Origin: Azolla caroliniana
Lineage: Eukaryota > Plantae > Polypodiophyta
Assembly: GCA_043228905.1 (NCBI GenBank)
Contig: JBHGNT010000010.1
Span: 8,246,001-8,310,000 of the forward strand
Length of the DNA stretch: 64,000 nucleotides
Direction of reading: 5' to 3'
The notes under the pieces are model-generated. The model saw only the letters and a list, made by a program, of their open reading frames with translations, was not told the DNA's origin and did not search any database. The translations under genes and the position numbers were made by a program. Shown piece by piece: positions 36,861 through 49,956 of this stretch (its first letter is position 1; every line of letters begins with the position of its first letter).

Positions 36861-38579
36861 TTGTTATTATCTTTCATTCTTTACATTATAAGAGGCTTAC
36901 TTTTGTAGTATCCCATCCTCTCTCTCTAGATCATATTTGCTTTAGTGGCGTGATAATGAAATGTATCCCTACCTCCATATAATTAGCTTGGAACAATTAA
37001 GTTTTGGGTTGGGTAGTCAACAAACTTGCAAAAGTGGTACCGCACCAACAAGCAAATTGTTAGGTCATGTTATATTAGGTTAGTGCAAACCTCATTAATT
37101 AGTGCTTCTTACTTATAGCTAGTTGAACCATTAGATATATGGTCATCAAGGGCCATGCAAAAAACATCAACGAAGGCTATGTAAATGTTCACATGCCACT
37201 AATGCCTATGTAAATGTCTAAGGACGAAACATACCCTTTTTATATATGTATCATTGTTCTCAATAATATTTGTCCCAAGTTGCTTCCTCATATTTACCCA
37301 ATGGTTTGCAATTGGTCATCCTTAGACATTAAAAAGATACCTATTCATCTATCTATCCTAGGAATGATGCTTACACTTAATCAATAGCCTCTACACATTC
37401 ACATGTTGCTATTGCCCATGCAAATGTGTAAGGATGTAATGTACCCCTTTTTGTAAATGAATCATGGTCCTCAATAATGTATGTCCCAAGTTGCTTCATC
37501 CTAGGAACAACACTTGTGTTTTATCAACATTTCAAGATAAGACACGTGATGACATTTCATCGTTCCTTTTTATGTGGAATTTCTTTTGATAAAGTGACCA
37601 TGCCACCATGTCCAAATAAATCTTTTAAATAAGTAACCTGGAACATTAGGTGAATGGTAACATGTAGAGGTGGTTCTAGTTTTTAGGATACATCATGAAC
37701 AATTTTTTGTATAGATTTTATCATAACTTTGGATATCTTTACCTACAACACAATTTTTGTGACAAAATTGAGGTTGACGTTATTACCTCTCATTAATTTT
37801 GGCATGATCTCATGCAATTGTAATTCATTGCTAAGCATTTCACGCATATATGGTAGGAAAACGAAAACAAATTGTAATCTTACCTTGGTTCTGGTTGAAA
37901 GTCATAGATTGCATAGGTAGATTATGAAGAAATAGTTCAAAGCTTTGACCTATTATACAAATTTGATATTGGAGATGACATTCCCAACCAAATCAATATC
38001 GAGCAACATAGCACTTACAACATTGTTGAACATACATTTTGAGATATGATATTTCATTTGCATCCAATAAATACGTTAGCTAACCATCAACAAAGTTTGT
38101 ATATACCACGGTGTCATGCAATAATTGCATCATGAAACTCATAAATAAATTGTTTTTGCATATCCTCATCTTATAGTAAACACACTTATTCTTGTATAAA
38201 TTGTAATCAACCCTTAATGAAGTACTTTTCCATTATCTTTTCCTTAGTAGTTAACCAATGAGCATGTGACTTTGTGACAAAGATATAAGCTAGTTGAGAT
38301 TTCCGCAAACAAAATGGAATTAACCTCCATAAAGTGAATAAGGGCATTGATGATAATATTAGTCATTGAAGTTGGCGGCATTACATTTATGAGATGATAT
38401 TGACATCATTGAGGAAATCTTTAATAAGTTTCATTGCAACATAAAACACCAATTTTCTCTTATTAATGTTTCGATATTATGGGCACCTCTAATATCTTTG
38501 AAGATATTGTTATATAATCTATATGTTCCTACAACAAAAGGTTGTTTTGTTTCTACTTTCATCAACCTTTTCTCGTTTT

Positions 38580-38615
38580 TCTTGTCTTCTTCTTCTTCTT
38601 CTTCTTCTTCTTCTT
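38580..38615. repeat. (CTT)n microsatellite
   Basis: About 10 CTT units. Confidence 0.85.
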
Positions 38616-39639
38616 TGTAGATAATAATGAATCTCGCACAAGAGATATTAGTTTGATGGATTCACCAAATGTAAACACAATCACCAAGATTATGATGATG
38701 ATAAATAACATGGAAGATGACAACAATATACAAATGTACATACAACCACCAAAACATGCCAAATAATAAATTGTATAAATGAAAATATATCATTGCAAAA
38801 ATAATTGCAATCAAGGAAATCTATTAAGCTTTCATATTCATGATCATGGATGATAACAATAGAAAGATGGTGGGATTTTGGGGGCACATCATAAGTAATG
38901 TTATAAAACAAATGATTTTTACATTACCTTTACTTGTAGCCTGGATTTGTACAACAATCAAGAAAACTATATTAGATGTATTATGATCGTGCGTTCTAAA
39001 AGGTTGAAAAAGTAGCTTACCAAAAAAGTAAAAATTTTAATGAGTACCTTTCTTGCAAATATGCTCTAACTTTTGAAAAAGCTTTTGACAAAAATCTACC
39101 CACAAATCTCAAAGTTAACATACAAATTTCAAATTGTTTAATCTTCAAAAAGTTATGGTTGTTTTCGGTAAAGTTGTGTTGCATCTTTTCATGTTCTCAC
39201 AACTACGTCTTGCCAAGGTGTTATTCTTCATAACCACCTTGAGGTTGATCCACAATAACTTACCATTGCCTACCCTTTTTTTGGCTAGCTGGATGAGAGT
39301 GGTGTGAATCACTCTTCAATTATCAACGTGTAGGTTATCTACTAAAGCAAACTCTAATCCTACTCCATGAATTAAACCCTTACACAAGATTAGCAACGTA
39401 CTTAATTCATGTGAAATTTTATCACAATTGAAGCACTTGATAGAAGAGCAACAAGATTAGAAATCACTAACACAACGTACCTTCCATTAGTCCATGCTTA
39501 TGTTAGTTACAAGCTTTATATAATTACAATGGATAGGCTTATTTAAGGAAAGATTGAGGCTAAAGTTATGGCTTTAGGGAATGTAATGAGGAAGTTTTTT
39601 TCAAAAGTTTTAGAGTTTTACCTTTAATGTTCTTCCTTA

Positions 39640-39950
39640 CTTCCCAATATTATATCTATATCTCTTTCACTTGGGTAGGTATGTTACACCAGTTGAAACC
39701 CACAACCCCTTCTCCTTTCCAAGACACTTGGATGGAACTGAACTAGTCTCACCACATAGACATTTCCTTTATTGAACATGCTGCACCTCGTAACATTTTT
39801 TTGTACCATGCTAAAGCTCTTTTATTTATGTTCTTTTTATTTTTATTTTTATTTTTATTTTTGTACCATCCCATTATTGTAATCAATTGTCTCATGGACC
39901 AAATTTGAAGTTAGATGACATTAATATACCTTTCTTTCTTCTCTCTCTCG
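39640..39950 (+). mobile_element. Decayed 3' end of a LINE L-A copy
   Basis: Similar to 13300-13590 (ACTTGGATGGAA...TTGTCTCATGG...GACATTAATAT followed by a pyrimidine tail). Confidence 0.7.
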
Positions 39951-40050
39951 CCCTTACTTTTATATGGAGACTTTTTCTTTCTTTATTATATCCTCGAACC
40001 TAGTGTTTGAGGTGATATGTCCCGTGGATAGTTAACATCCCCCAACCGAA

Positions 40051-40789
40051 TAGGGATCGGCAACGGTTCGGCTCAAGCCTAAACTGCCTTAACGGCTCGG
40101 TTTAGGCTTGAGACTACCTAAACGGTTTGAGCTCGGCTTGTGCCTTGCCAAACCGGGTCAAACCGGTTAAGCCGTTTATATGATTTAAGAATTAGGGTTT
40201 AGAAAGTTAGAAATTAGACAGTTAGAAGTTAGAACTTGAAAGTTGACAAAGAGACTGACAGGAAGGCATAGAGAACATACTGTTGAGTGACTTAGAGAGG
40301 GATGGACAGAGAGGGAGAGGGAACTTCAATAGTGGACGATCAGAGGACCTCCTTCTTGTATATATACATTCTTTGGAGAAAGATTGGATCACCGAGAGTG
40401 ATAGGTCGCCATAAACTCGGGGCTCGTGGTTTGGGTGGTGGGAGACAAGGGATTCGTGGATGTTAACCGACCAATCATAGTAATCTACGGAGAGGGAGTC
40501 GTGGAGGTGGGACTTGGAGTTGAATTTGGACTCACCGGTAGTAAGGTCGAGGGGCTGGGAGTTATAAGGAGGAGAAGAAGAGTAGGAGGAAGTGGTAGTG
40601 GTGTTTTTTGGGTTTCTTCAGCTTTTTTGTCCCAAACCGACTCCCAAACCAGTTCCTAAGTCGGTTTAGGGATTGGTTCAATTTGGTTTGGTTTAGGTTT
40701 CAGAACCCCCAAAACGGTTTAGGCTTAACCGGTTTGGCTTGGATAAGGCCAAACTGCTTAAGCCTAAACTGAACCGTTGCCGATTCCTA
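40051..40789. mobile_element. Non-autonomous hAT-type DNA transposon (MITE), 739 bp
   Basis: TIRs TAGGGATCGGCAACGGTTC / GAACCGTTGCCGATTCCTA (18 of 19 match); subterminal AACCG/CGGTT clusters; decayed 8-bp TSD CAACCGAA / GAACCTAA; no transposase ORF. Confidence 0.85.
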
Positions 40790-41116
40790 GAACCTAAGGT
40801 GTGCACACTTTGGGTTTTGGTAAGGGAGGTGTTGGTAGGGAGGAGATTTGTTCAAGCTAGATGGAGATATTGGAAGTCAAAGATGTTGGAGGGGTGGGGG
40901 ATGGTTGAGGGAAGGCAGAGGATATGTAGGAGGCAAGGTGGGTCAGAGGATATGAGTATTAGTGAGAAAATAGAGGAGCAAAAGGGGAGGAAAGGAAGAA
41001 ACGAAAAAAAGAAATAAAGGAAATGAGAAAGAAAGACATATTAATGTCTTCTAGGACCAAAATTGGCCCATGAGACAATTGGTTTACAACAAAAATGGGA
41101 TATTTACCTATTCATC

Positions 41117-41147
<31 letters not shown>

Positions 41148-41951
41148 GATCAAGCTAAAGAGTTCTCGTAAAAAAACATGTTCGATAGCTTTATACTAGG
41201 TCTAGTTCCATTTCCATCCAAGTCTCTCGAAAAGAAGCGGGAGGTCAAAGGGTTTCGATGTGGATGTGGCATGTGGTTCCAATGCAAAAGGTACCCCAAC
41301 CATAACTTCTAGGCAGCGTAGCTCATGTTCCCTTATCTTCTTAATTGTTATACCAAGAGCTAGTATCTCCGGACGCATATAGGGATTGGCATGCCTCAGA
41401 AGCTTGACGGGATATCCTATCTTGTGGTTGGCTTTGTATCCTGTGAATAAAAACTACTAGTTGGAAAAGTGCTTCTACTAACATTGGGGGCAAACTAAAC
41501 TCTGCTCTAATAATGTCATGTGCAACTGTCGATTTGCTTCGGAGTTGACGTGATAACATCATCACCAAAGTTTTCTCTAATCACAAATGAGTCGAAGAGC
41601 CATCCCTTAGTCCGCGGCTCTTGAAAGTATGTCTGGTGGCATTGTCTCTCTAAGAGTGAGAGGGATGCATACCCTCTCGTTAGCCTATCTTTGGCTGCCT
41701 AGGTCATCGAGAATTTACCTGAATGAGCACTAGAAGTGACTCCCAGATATACATATGATCCAACTACCTCAACTGGTTTGTGAGAGAGGATTAGGTGACC
41801 TTTACTCCTAACTCGAGACGATGTCTGAAAGATAAGGACTTTAGCTTTCGCTAGATTCACTACCAATCCTTGTTGTGTGCAATAGTCATCTATGACATTA
41901 ATGAGCTTTTGTAGGTCGTGTTCAGACTCAAGAGAAAAACTATGTCGTTTG

Positions 41952-44900
41952 TGTTAGGAATTGACGCTTTCAAAACCTTCACCTCTCGGCCACAACCGAG
42001 AAAACACGGATCAATGCAGCAGTAAATCGACAACACAGAGAGAGACTCGAATGCACAGGGTTTAGCGTGGAAAACCCTAGACGGGAAAAACCACGGGAGT
42101 GTAAGACTCCAACTATCACTATACGCAGGGAATGTACAATGGCGAGCTGCAAGGCGACGACCTTGAGCTCGCTGTCCTCGCCACAGGCGGCGGTATTACA
42201 CAGAGGCGTCGACCTCTTCCTTTCTCTCTCTCTCTCACTCTCTCTCTCTCTCGGCTGCTCTCACTTCGCTCCCTCTAAGTGGAAAACAGAAAAATGAGCA
42301 ACAACACAAAACTGTTTGCCCCAAGTCATGTTTATACACATATGACTTTCGGGCTATTTACAAATATAGCCTCAAGGGCCCTTGGCAAACATATTCACAA
42401 ATATGTCCCCGCATCCGGATCTCTCTCCGGGTACATTCGTCATCCGGCTCCGTAGCCGGGGTCTTCATCATCTGGATCCGGAACCGGGTCTTCATCATCC
42501 GGCTCCAGAACCGGGTCTTCATTCCCGATTCCCGGACATCCGATCATCCCATCCGGAGGGACCGTAATCCCAACAAACTCCCCACTTCGGCATGGGATGT
42601 CTTTCCAATCCGACCCTCTTCCGGCACGCTTCCAGCTTGTCGGGTGTGAGCACTTTGGTCAGCATATCTGACCCGTTCTCGTTCGTGTGGATCTTCGTCA
42701 GCACGAACTCCTGGTCTTCTATCCTTTCCCGGATCCAGTGATATCTTCGCTGGATGTGCTTCGTCCGGGAGTGATAGGCCGCGTTCTTCGCAAGGTGGAT
42801 GGCACTCTGACTGTCGCAGTAGAGTCGGTACTACTCCTGCCGGATACCGAGCTCTCTAATGAAGTCCTTCATCCATATCATTTCCTTGCCGGCTTCAACA
42901 GCCGCCATGTACTCCGTCTCCGTGGTTGACAATGCAACCGTCTTCTGCAGCCTCGACTGCCACGAAACAGCTCCCCATGCATACGTCATCACATACCCTG
43001 ATGTGGACCGGCTGGTATCTGCATCAGCCGACATATCCGAATCGGTAAAGCCGTCGAGTTCGGGCTTACCGGAGCCGAATCGGAGGCACACGTTTGCCGT
43101 GCCCTTCAGGTATCGGAGTATCCACTTGGCCGCGTTCCAGTGCTCTTTGCCGGGATTGCTCATGTACCGGCTCACCACTCCGACTGCATATCCTATGTCC
43201 GGTCTTGTACACACCATTGTGTACATCAAGCTTCCGACGGCAGAGGCATATGGTACTTTCATCATGTCCTCCTTCTCAGCCTTTGTCTTGGGGCTTTGCT
43301 TGCTGGACAACTTGCAGTTTGCCGGGAGGGTTGACCCGACCGGTCTTGCTTCCGACAAGTTGAACCAGTGAAGCACCTTTGTCACGTACTTCTCCTGTGA
43401 CAGCCACAACTGCTTCTTCTTCCGGTCCCGGATGATGTGCATCCCTAGTATTTGCCTCGCCGGACCCAGGTCCTTCATTGAGAAGGTTCGGTGAAGCGCT
43501 TTCTTCAGCATCCGTATCTTGACCTGGTCCCGTCCGACGATCAACATGTCGTCCACGTACAGGAGGAGTATTAGAAAATCTCCTCCTTCGAACTTCTTCA
43601 CAAACACGCAGTGATCGGACTGCGTTTTGTGGTACCCTTCGTCGGTCATGAAAGAGTCGAACTTCCGGTACCATTGCCGGGGAGCCTGCTTTAGTCCGTA
43701 AAGGCTCTTCTTCAACCGGCATACCAGGTGCTCCTTCCCTTTCTTCTCGAATCCTTCCGGTTGCTGCATGTAGATCTCTTCTTCGAGGTCACCGTGAAGG
43801 AATGCCGTCTTCACGTCCATCTGTTCTACTTCGAGGTCCATGCTTGCCGCTATGCTCAGCACCGTCCGGATGGAGGTCATCTTTACTACCGGGGCAAATA
43901 TCTCGTCGAAGTCGACGCCCTTCTTCTGCTGGAACCCCTTCACCACGATCCTGGCTTTGTATCTCGGGGGGTTTCCGGCATCTCCCGGTTTCAGCTTGAA
44001 CACCCACTTGTTTCGAAGTGCCCGCTTTCCTTTCGGCAACTCCACAAGTTCATATGTGTGGTTCTCATGCAGGGAATCCATCTCCTCCTGCATGGCACTT
44101 AACCACCTGCGGCTATGGGTGTCAAGCTTTGCTGCTTCAAAACTCTCCGGCTCCCCCTCGTCGGTTAGCAGCACGTGCTCTGGTTCCGGAAATCTCCGGG
44201 GGGCCCTTCTCTCTCTTAGAGGATATCTCCGTTCCGGAGCTTCGGTAACCGACTCCTCCGTTTCCTCTTCATCCGAGTCCATTTCGGGATCGGGGCCGGT
44301 TCCGGTATCAGTTTCATCTTCCTCGGCCGGTTCTGTTTCTTCACCGTCTTCGGCCGGATCCTCGAGTGCTAACCGGTCCCTTGCCGGTCGGGACTGCTCC
44401 TCGCAGAGTTGATCCTCACCGGTCGACTTGGAGCTCTTCATCTTCTTCTCCGACTCCCAGTCGGCGAGTGTCTTGTCCTCCATGAAGATGATATCACGAC
44501 TCCGGAATATCTTTTTGTCGACCGGGTCCCATACTCGGTAGCCGAACACGTCATCGCCGTAACCGAGGAATATGCATGGCCGGGTCTTTGGATCTAGCTT
44601 TCCTCTCCGGTCCTTTGCCACATGCACATATGCGAGACACCCGAACACCTTCAGATGCCGGTAGGATACTTCCCTACCGGTCCACACTCTCTGCGGCGTG
44701 TCTCCGTCCAAAGGTACTGAGGGTGATCTGTTTATCACGTATGTCGCCGTCGACATTGCCTCAGCCCAAAACCCCTTGGGTAATTTCGCATGCGCCAGCA
44801 TACTCCGGACCCTCTCCATTATGGTCCGGTTCATCCTCTCGGCCAGCCCGTTCAGGTTCGGCGTCTTCGGCACAGTAAACTCGAGCCGGATTCCCTTCGA

Positions 44901-47308
44901 GCGACAGTATTCCTCGAACTGCCCCCAGTATTCCCCTCCGTTATCCGCTCGTATCGCTTTCAGCTTCTTGCCGGATTCCCTTTCCACTCTCGCGTGGAGT
45001 TCTTTGAAGACGCACAACACTTGGTCCTTTGTCTTCAACGGTGCCGTCCACAGCTTCCGGCTGTGGTCATCAATGAATGTCACGAAGTACTGGGCTCCGC
45101 CATGTGACTTCGTTTCTACTTGACACACGTCAGTGTGCACCAACTCCAATGGTGCGCTACGTCTCGTCGGTGGCCTTGAGTGGAAGGAGGTTCAGTTCTG
45201 CTTACCGGCCAGGCAATCGGTGCACTTCTCCAGGTGCACATGCTTCACTGGAATAAGGTTGTCTTCTGCAAGCCTCTTCATCCCCTTCTCACTCATGTGG
45301 CACAGTCTCTTGTGCCACAGCTCACCGGCAGTGTCGGCTGCCACGTTCAACTCCTCCGGACACAACCAGGCATTCATAAGGTACAGTGTGTTGACTTTCC
45401 GGGCCCGAGCCACTATCAGGCTCCCCTTGCTGAACTTCATTACGCAGTTCCGGATGCTACCTGTGTAGCCTTCATCGTCTAGCCTCCCGGCCGAAATCAG
45501 GTTCAATCGAACCTCCGGAACGTGTCGGACATCCTTCAGCAACATTTTGCATCCGGTCGAGGTTGTCAACCACACGTCTCCTATGCCGGCAATCCGGCAT
45601 GTACCTTCATTTCCCATCCGAACACAGCCATGCTCACCGGCTGTGTAGGATGAGAAGTATCTTCTTTCCGGGGTCAGGTGGAACGACGCTCCGGAATCGA
45701 CCACCCAGGTAGTCTCATCGCCGGCAATGTTTAGTTCACCTTCTTCGGTGATGAGCATGATCTCCTCTTCACTTGCCGCGAGTGCCGTCGTTCCTTTCCG
45801 GTCCTGCCCTCGCCGATCCGAACCATTCCGGTCCGTGGCTCCCCGGTAAGCACCGTTCCGTTCCGAAGACTTCTTCGAATCGGTGTCGTCGGCTCCGTTG
45901 TCTTTTCGGTAATGCCGACAATTCTTTCGGAAGTGCCCCGGCTTCCCACAGTGGAAGCATGTGGGCCTTCCTCTTGACTGCGACCGGGTCCCCGACTTCT
46001 CCCGTCTTTGCGGACTCCGGTTCCGTTGTCTTCCCCGATCCGATTCGGTAAGCAGCATCTTCGGATCGGAGGCCGGTTCTTTATCTCTCCGACGCGCTTC
46101 TTCGTTCAAAATGCTTGTCTTTACCGTTTGTAGGGACAAGTTATCTTCGGTGCAGGAGGTGCTGAGAGTCACCACCAAGTTCTCCCAGCTTGCCGGCAAT
46201 GTACACATCAGGATGATGGCTTGCATTGCATCCTCCAACGGGAACTTGATCGCCGCAAGCTGGTTCACGAATCCCATGAACGTGCTTACGTGTTTCACCA
46301 TACTCTCGCCGTCCCGGTACTTGAGGTTCACTATCTTCCTCATCAGGGAGGTCCGGTTCAACGCATTCTTCGTCTCGTAGAGGCCCGACAGCTTCCGCCA
46401 CATCTCATATGCGTTGGTGTCGTTCGCCACATGTTGTAGAACGCTCACGTCGACGTATTGCCGAATGGTTGCAACGGCTTTCCGGTTCAGAAGCCTCCAT
46501 TCCGTCTCAAGTACCCCCTTGGGTATTTCCGACCTGTCGATCGGTTCATACAGGTCCCGAACAATGAGCAGATCCTCCATCTTTATCTTCCAGTCGGCGT
46601 AGTTCTGCGCATTCAGCACCATCATCCCCGGCTGCCCGCTGTTGCCGCCTTCCATTTTCTGCACTGCAGTCGCTCTGATACCAGATTGTTAGGAATTGAC
46701 GCTTTCAAAACCTTCACCTCTCGGCCACAACCGAGAAAACACGGATCAATGCAGCAGTAAATCGACAACACAGAGAGAGACTCGAATGCACAGGGTTTAG
46801 CGTGGAAAACCCTAGACGGGAAAAACCACGGGAGTGTAAGACTCCAACTATCACTATACGCAGGGAATGTACAATGGCGAGCTGCAAGGCGACGACCTTG
46901 AGCTCGCTGTCCTCGCCATAGGCGGCGGTATTACACAGAGGCGTCGACCTCTTCCTTTCTCTCTCTCTCACTCACTCTCTCTCTCGGCTGCTCTCACTTC
47001 GCTCCCTCTAAGTGGAAAACAGAAAAATGAGCAACAACACAAAACTGTTTGCCCCAAGTCATGTTTATACACATATGACTTTCGGGCTATTTACAAATAT
47101 AGCCTCAAGGGCCCTTGGCAAACATATTCATAAATATGTCCCCGCATCCGAATCTCTCTCCGGGTACATTCGTCATCCGGCTCCGTAGCCGGGGTCTTCA
47201 TCATCTGGATCCGGAACCGGGTCTTCATCATCCGGCTCCGGAACCGGGTCTTCATTCCCGATTCCCGGACATCCGATCATCCCATCCGGAGGGACCGTAA
47301 TCCCAACA
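41952..47308 (-). mobile_element. Young full-length Ty1/copia element (Tnt1/Tork-like) with two premature stops
   Basis: LTRs 41952-42575 and 46687-47308 (about 4 substitutions plus a microsatellite length change); TSD GTTTG; PBS TGGTATCAGAGC after a 3-nt spacer (46672-46683); PPT GAAGTGGGGAG. Confidence 0.97.
42583..46655 (-). pseudogene. Copia gag-PR-IN-RT-RH polyprotein with in-frame stops at 45192 and 42831
   Basis: Collinear with the intact 50570-54643 ORF; motifs CFHCGKPGHFRKNC, VVDSGAS, VHTDVC, YVDDML, ALSTTETEY. Confidence 0.93.
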
Positions 47309-47651
47309 GTTTGCATAGAGTAAACGACTAACTTGCATACCCCCAATGGCTACTTTGTTGCCTCCCTTACGAGCAATAAAATTAGTCATCTCATCAATGT
47401 AGATCCCAAAAAGAGTCGGTGATAGGGGACAACCCTATTTTACACCAATGGTGCTAGTGAAGCAATCAGATAGGCCACATGGGCATCTTACCCACCCAAA
47501 GACTTGCTCATATAGACCATAGATGGCCGAGATCATGTCATTTGGTATCTCCAAGCTTTTAAGCCTATCAAACAACCGCTCCCTAGGAACTGTGTCAAAG
47601 GTTTTGCGGAAGTCCACAAAGCAACGATATAGTTTCTTCTTGCGCACCTTC

Positions 47652-47952
47652 TGTTGAGCGACAAGCTCAACGTTGGATGCGTAACACTGTGCGTGACTCA
47701 ATGCGTAGACTGAGTGTGTAAAACAGTACACATAATGTAAGCCGTAGCGGTGCGTAAACTGTGAGGCCGTTAGAAAGATATTCCTCGAAAGGAATAATTT
47801 TGGAAGTGAGTGTAGCGGCTCATTTATGAGCGTCAAGTACTGTCAGTACTTGTGTCAGCCCGATTGTCAGGGCTTGTATAAAAGGTGCTCACTGAGCATA
47901 GTGTATGTACACAGAGAGTCATTATTTTGAATTTGAGTTTTTCTGTTGTCTG

Positions 47953-47983
<31 letters not shown>

Positions 47984-48126
47984 TCCCTCTCCATCTCTGC
48001 GTTTTTTGTGTTTTACCGAACTATCTTATTCCTCCGAACTATGTACTCTGTGTTTCGCATACGCTTCCGCACACGCTATTCTTTTACATGGTATCAAAGC
48101 GCGAGGGTTGAAGTGAAAGGACATCA
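47652..48126 (+). mobile_element. 5' LTR and PBS of a copia element related to the 6414 family; the remainder is displaced beyond the nested insertions
   Basis: LTR 47652-48088 (TGTTGAGCGACAAGCTCAAC...TTTTACA); PBS TGGTATCAAAGC 48089-48100 followed by GCGAGGGTTGA, as at 6833. Confidence 0.88.
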
Positions 48127-49956
48127 TGCTCCCGAAAACAATGCTCGGCCACAACCGAGTCTAGGATCAAACACAGAAAAAACGGGTAATGTACGCACGA
48201 CACAGTAAAGAGAAGAGTACACAGGATGTTTATGTGGAAAACCCAAACACGGGAAAAACCACGGCAGTCCACAGACTGCAAACTATCACTATGTTACAAT
48301 ATACAATAGATGAACACAGAGGCAACGACCTCTTGTTCACTGTCTTCGCCACAAGTGGTGGTTACAACAGAGACAACATCCTCTTCGTCTCTCACTCTCT
48401 CTCTATACACGGTTGCACTCAAATCTTGCACCAACAAGAATGACAACTACACTACACTAAGTTTGCCCTAAGTCATATTTATACTAAAATGACTTTTCGG
48501 CTATTTACAAATATAGCCCCGATGGACTCTCAGAAACATATTTACGAATATGTCCCTTCATCCGGTGAGCACTCCTCATCGGGCTGGCACTCGTCATCTG
48601 GTTCTCCTCGGGCCTTCACCATCCGGCTCTTGCCGGGCACTCGTCATCCGGTTCTCACCGAGCCTTCCTTGCCGGGTACTCGTCATCCGGTTCTCATCGG
48701 GTTTTCCGTTGCTGGGTACTCCACATCCGGTTCTCACCGGGTCTTCCGTTGCCGGGTACTCCACATCCGGTTCTCACCAGGTCTTCCGTTGCGAGGTCCC
48801 TCCAGATGGGAAGTGAGAAGAACAGTGTTGATGAGCAAACTCCCCCTTCACTCCGGCATGGGATGTCTTACTAGTCTGATCTGCTTCCGACATGCATCCA
48901 GCTTGTCAGGTATCAGTACTTTGGTCAGCATATCTGACCCGTTCTCGGCCGTGTGGATCTTTGTCAACGAGAACTCTCGATCTTCTACCCGCTCCCGGAT
49001 CCAGTGATACCTACGCTGGATGTGCTTCATCCTGGAATGGTACGCTGCGTTCTTTGCAAGGTGGATGGCACTTTGACTATCGCAATAGAGCCGGTATTCA
49101 TTTTGCCGGATACCGAGCTCTCCGATGAAGTCCTTCATCCATAATATTTCCTTGCCGGCTTCCACAGCCGCCATGTACTCCGCCTCCGTGGTTGACAACG
49201 CAACCATCTTCTGCAGCCTCGACTGCCACGAAATAGCTCCCCTTGCATATGTCATTACATACCCGGATGTAGACCGGCTGGTATCCACATAAGCCGACAT
49301 GTCCGAATTGGTAAAACCGTCAAGTTGAGGTTTACCGGAGCCGAATCAGAGACACATATTCGAAGTGCCCTTCAGGTACCGGAGTATCCATTTGACTGCG
49401 TTCTAGTGCTCCTTGGCGGGATTGCTCATAAACCGGCGCACCACTCCGACTGCGTATCCAATATCCAGTTGAGTACACACCATTGCGTACATCAAGCTCC
49501 CGACGGCGGAGGCATATGGAACCTTCATCATATCAGCCTTCTCTGCTTTCGTCTTCGGGCTTTGCTTACCGGATAGTCTATAGTTTGCCGGGAGTGTCGA
49601 TCCGACCGGTTTTGCTTCTAACATGTTGAACCGCTGAAGAACCTTTATCACATATTTCTCCTATGACAACCACAATTGCTTCGTTGGCCGGTCCCGGATG
49701 ATATGCATCCCCAACATCTGTCTTGCTGGACCCAAGTCTTTCATTGCGAAAGGTCTGGTTGAGAGCCTTCTTCAGCATCCGTATTTTGGCTTGGTCCCGT
49801 CCGACGATCAACATGTCGTCCACGTATAGAAGGAGTATCAAGAAGTCGCCTCCTTCTAACTTCTTCACAAACACGCAGTGATCGGCTTGCGCCTTGTGGT
49901 ACCCTTGATCAGTCATGAAGGAGTCGAACTTCCGGTACCATTGTCGGGGAGCCTAC

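Larger units (their letters stand above)
41020..47651 (-). mobile_element. Decayed LINE L-A copy on the minus strand, split by a copia at 41952-47308 and interrupted again at 47652
   Basis: Homologous to 11520-13590: CFVDFRKTFD and TSTIGVK (47435-47651), LSRQLRSKSTVAHDIIRAEF (41341-41568), 3' stem-loop at 41045-41077; internal deletions near 41340 and 41580. Confidence 0.9.

Noticed and set aside
37200-37510. Degenerate direct repeat (CTCAATAAT...GTCCCAAGTTGCTTC twice)
   Set aside because: Old local duplication without termini, TSD or coding signal; it cannot be assigned to a family.
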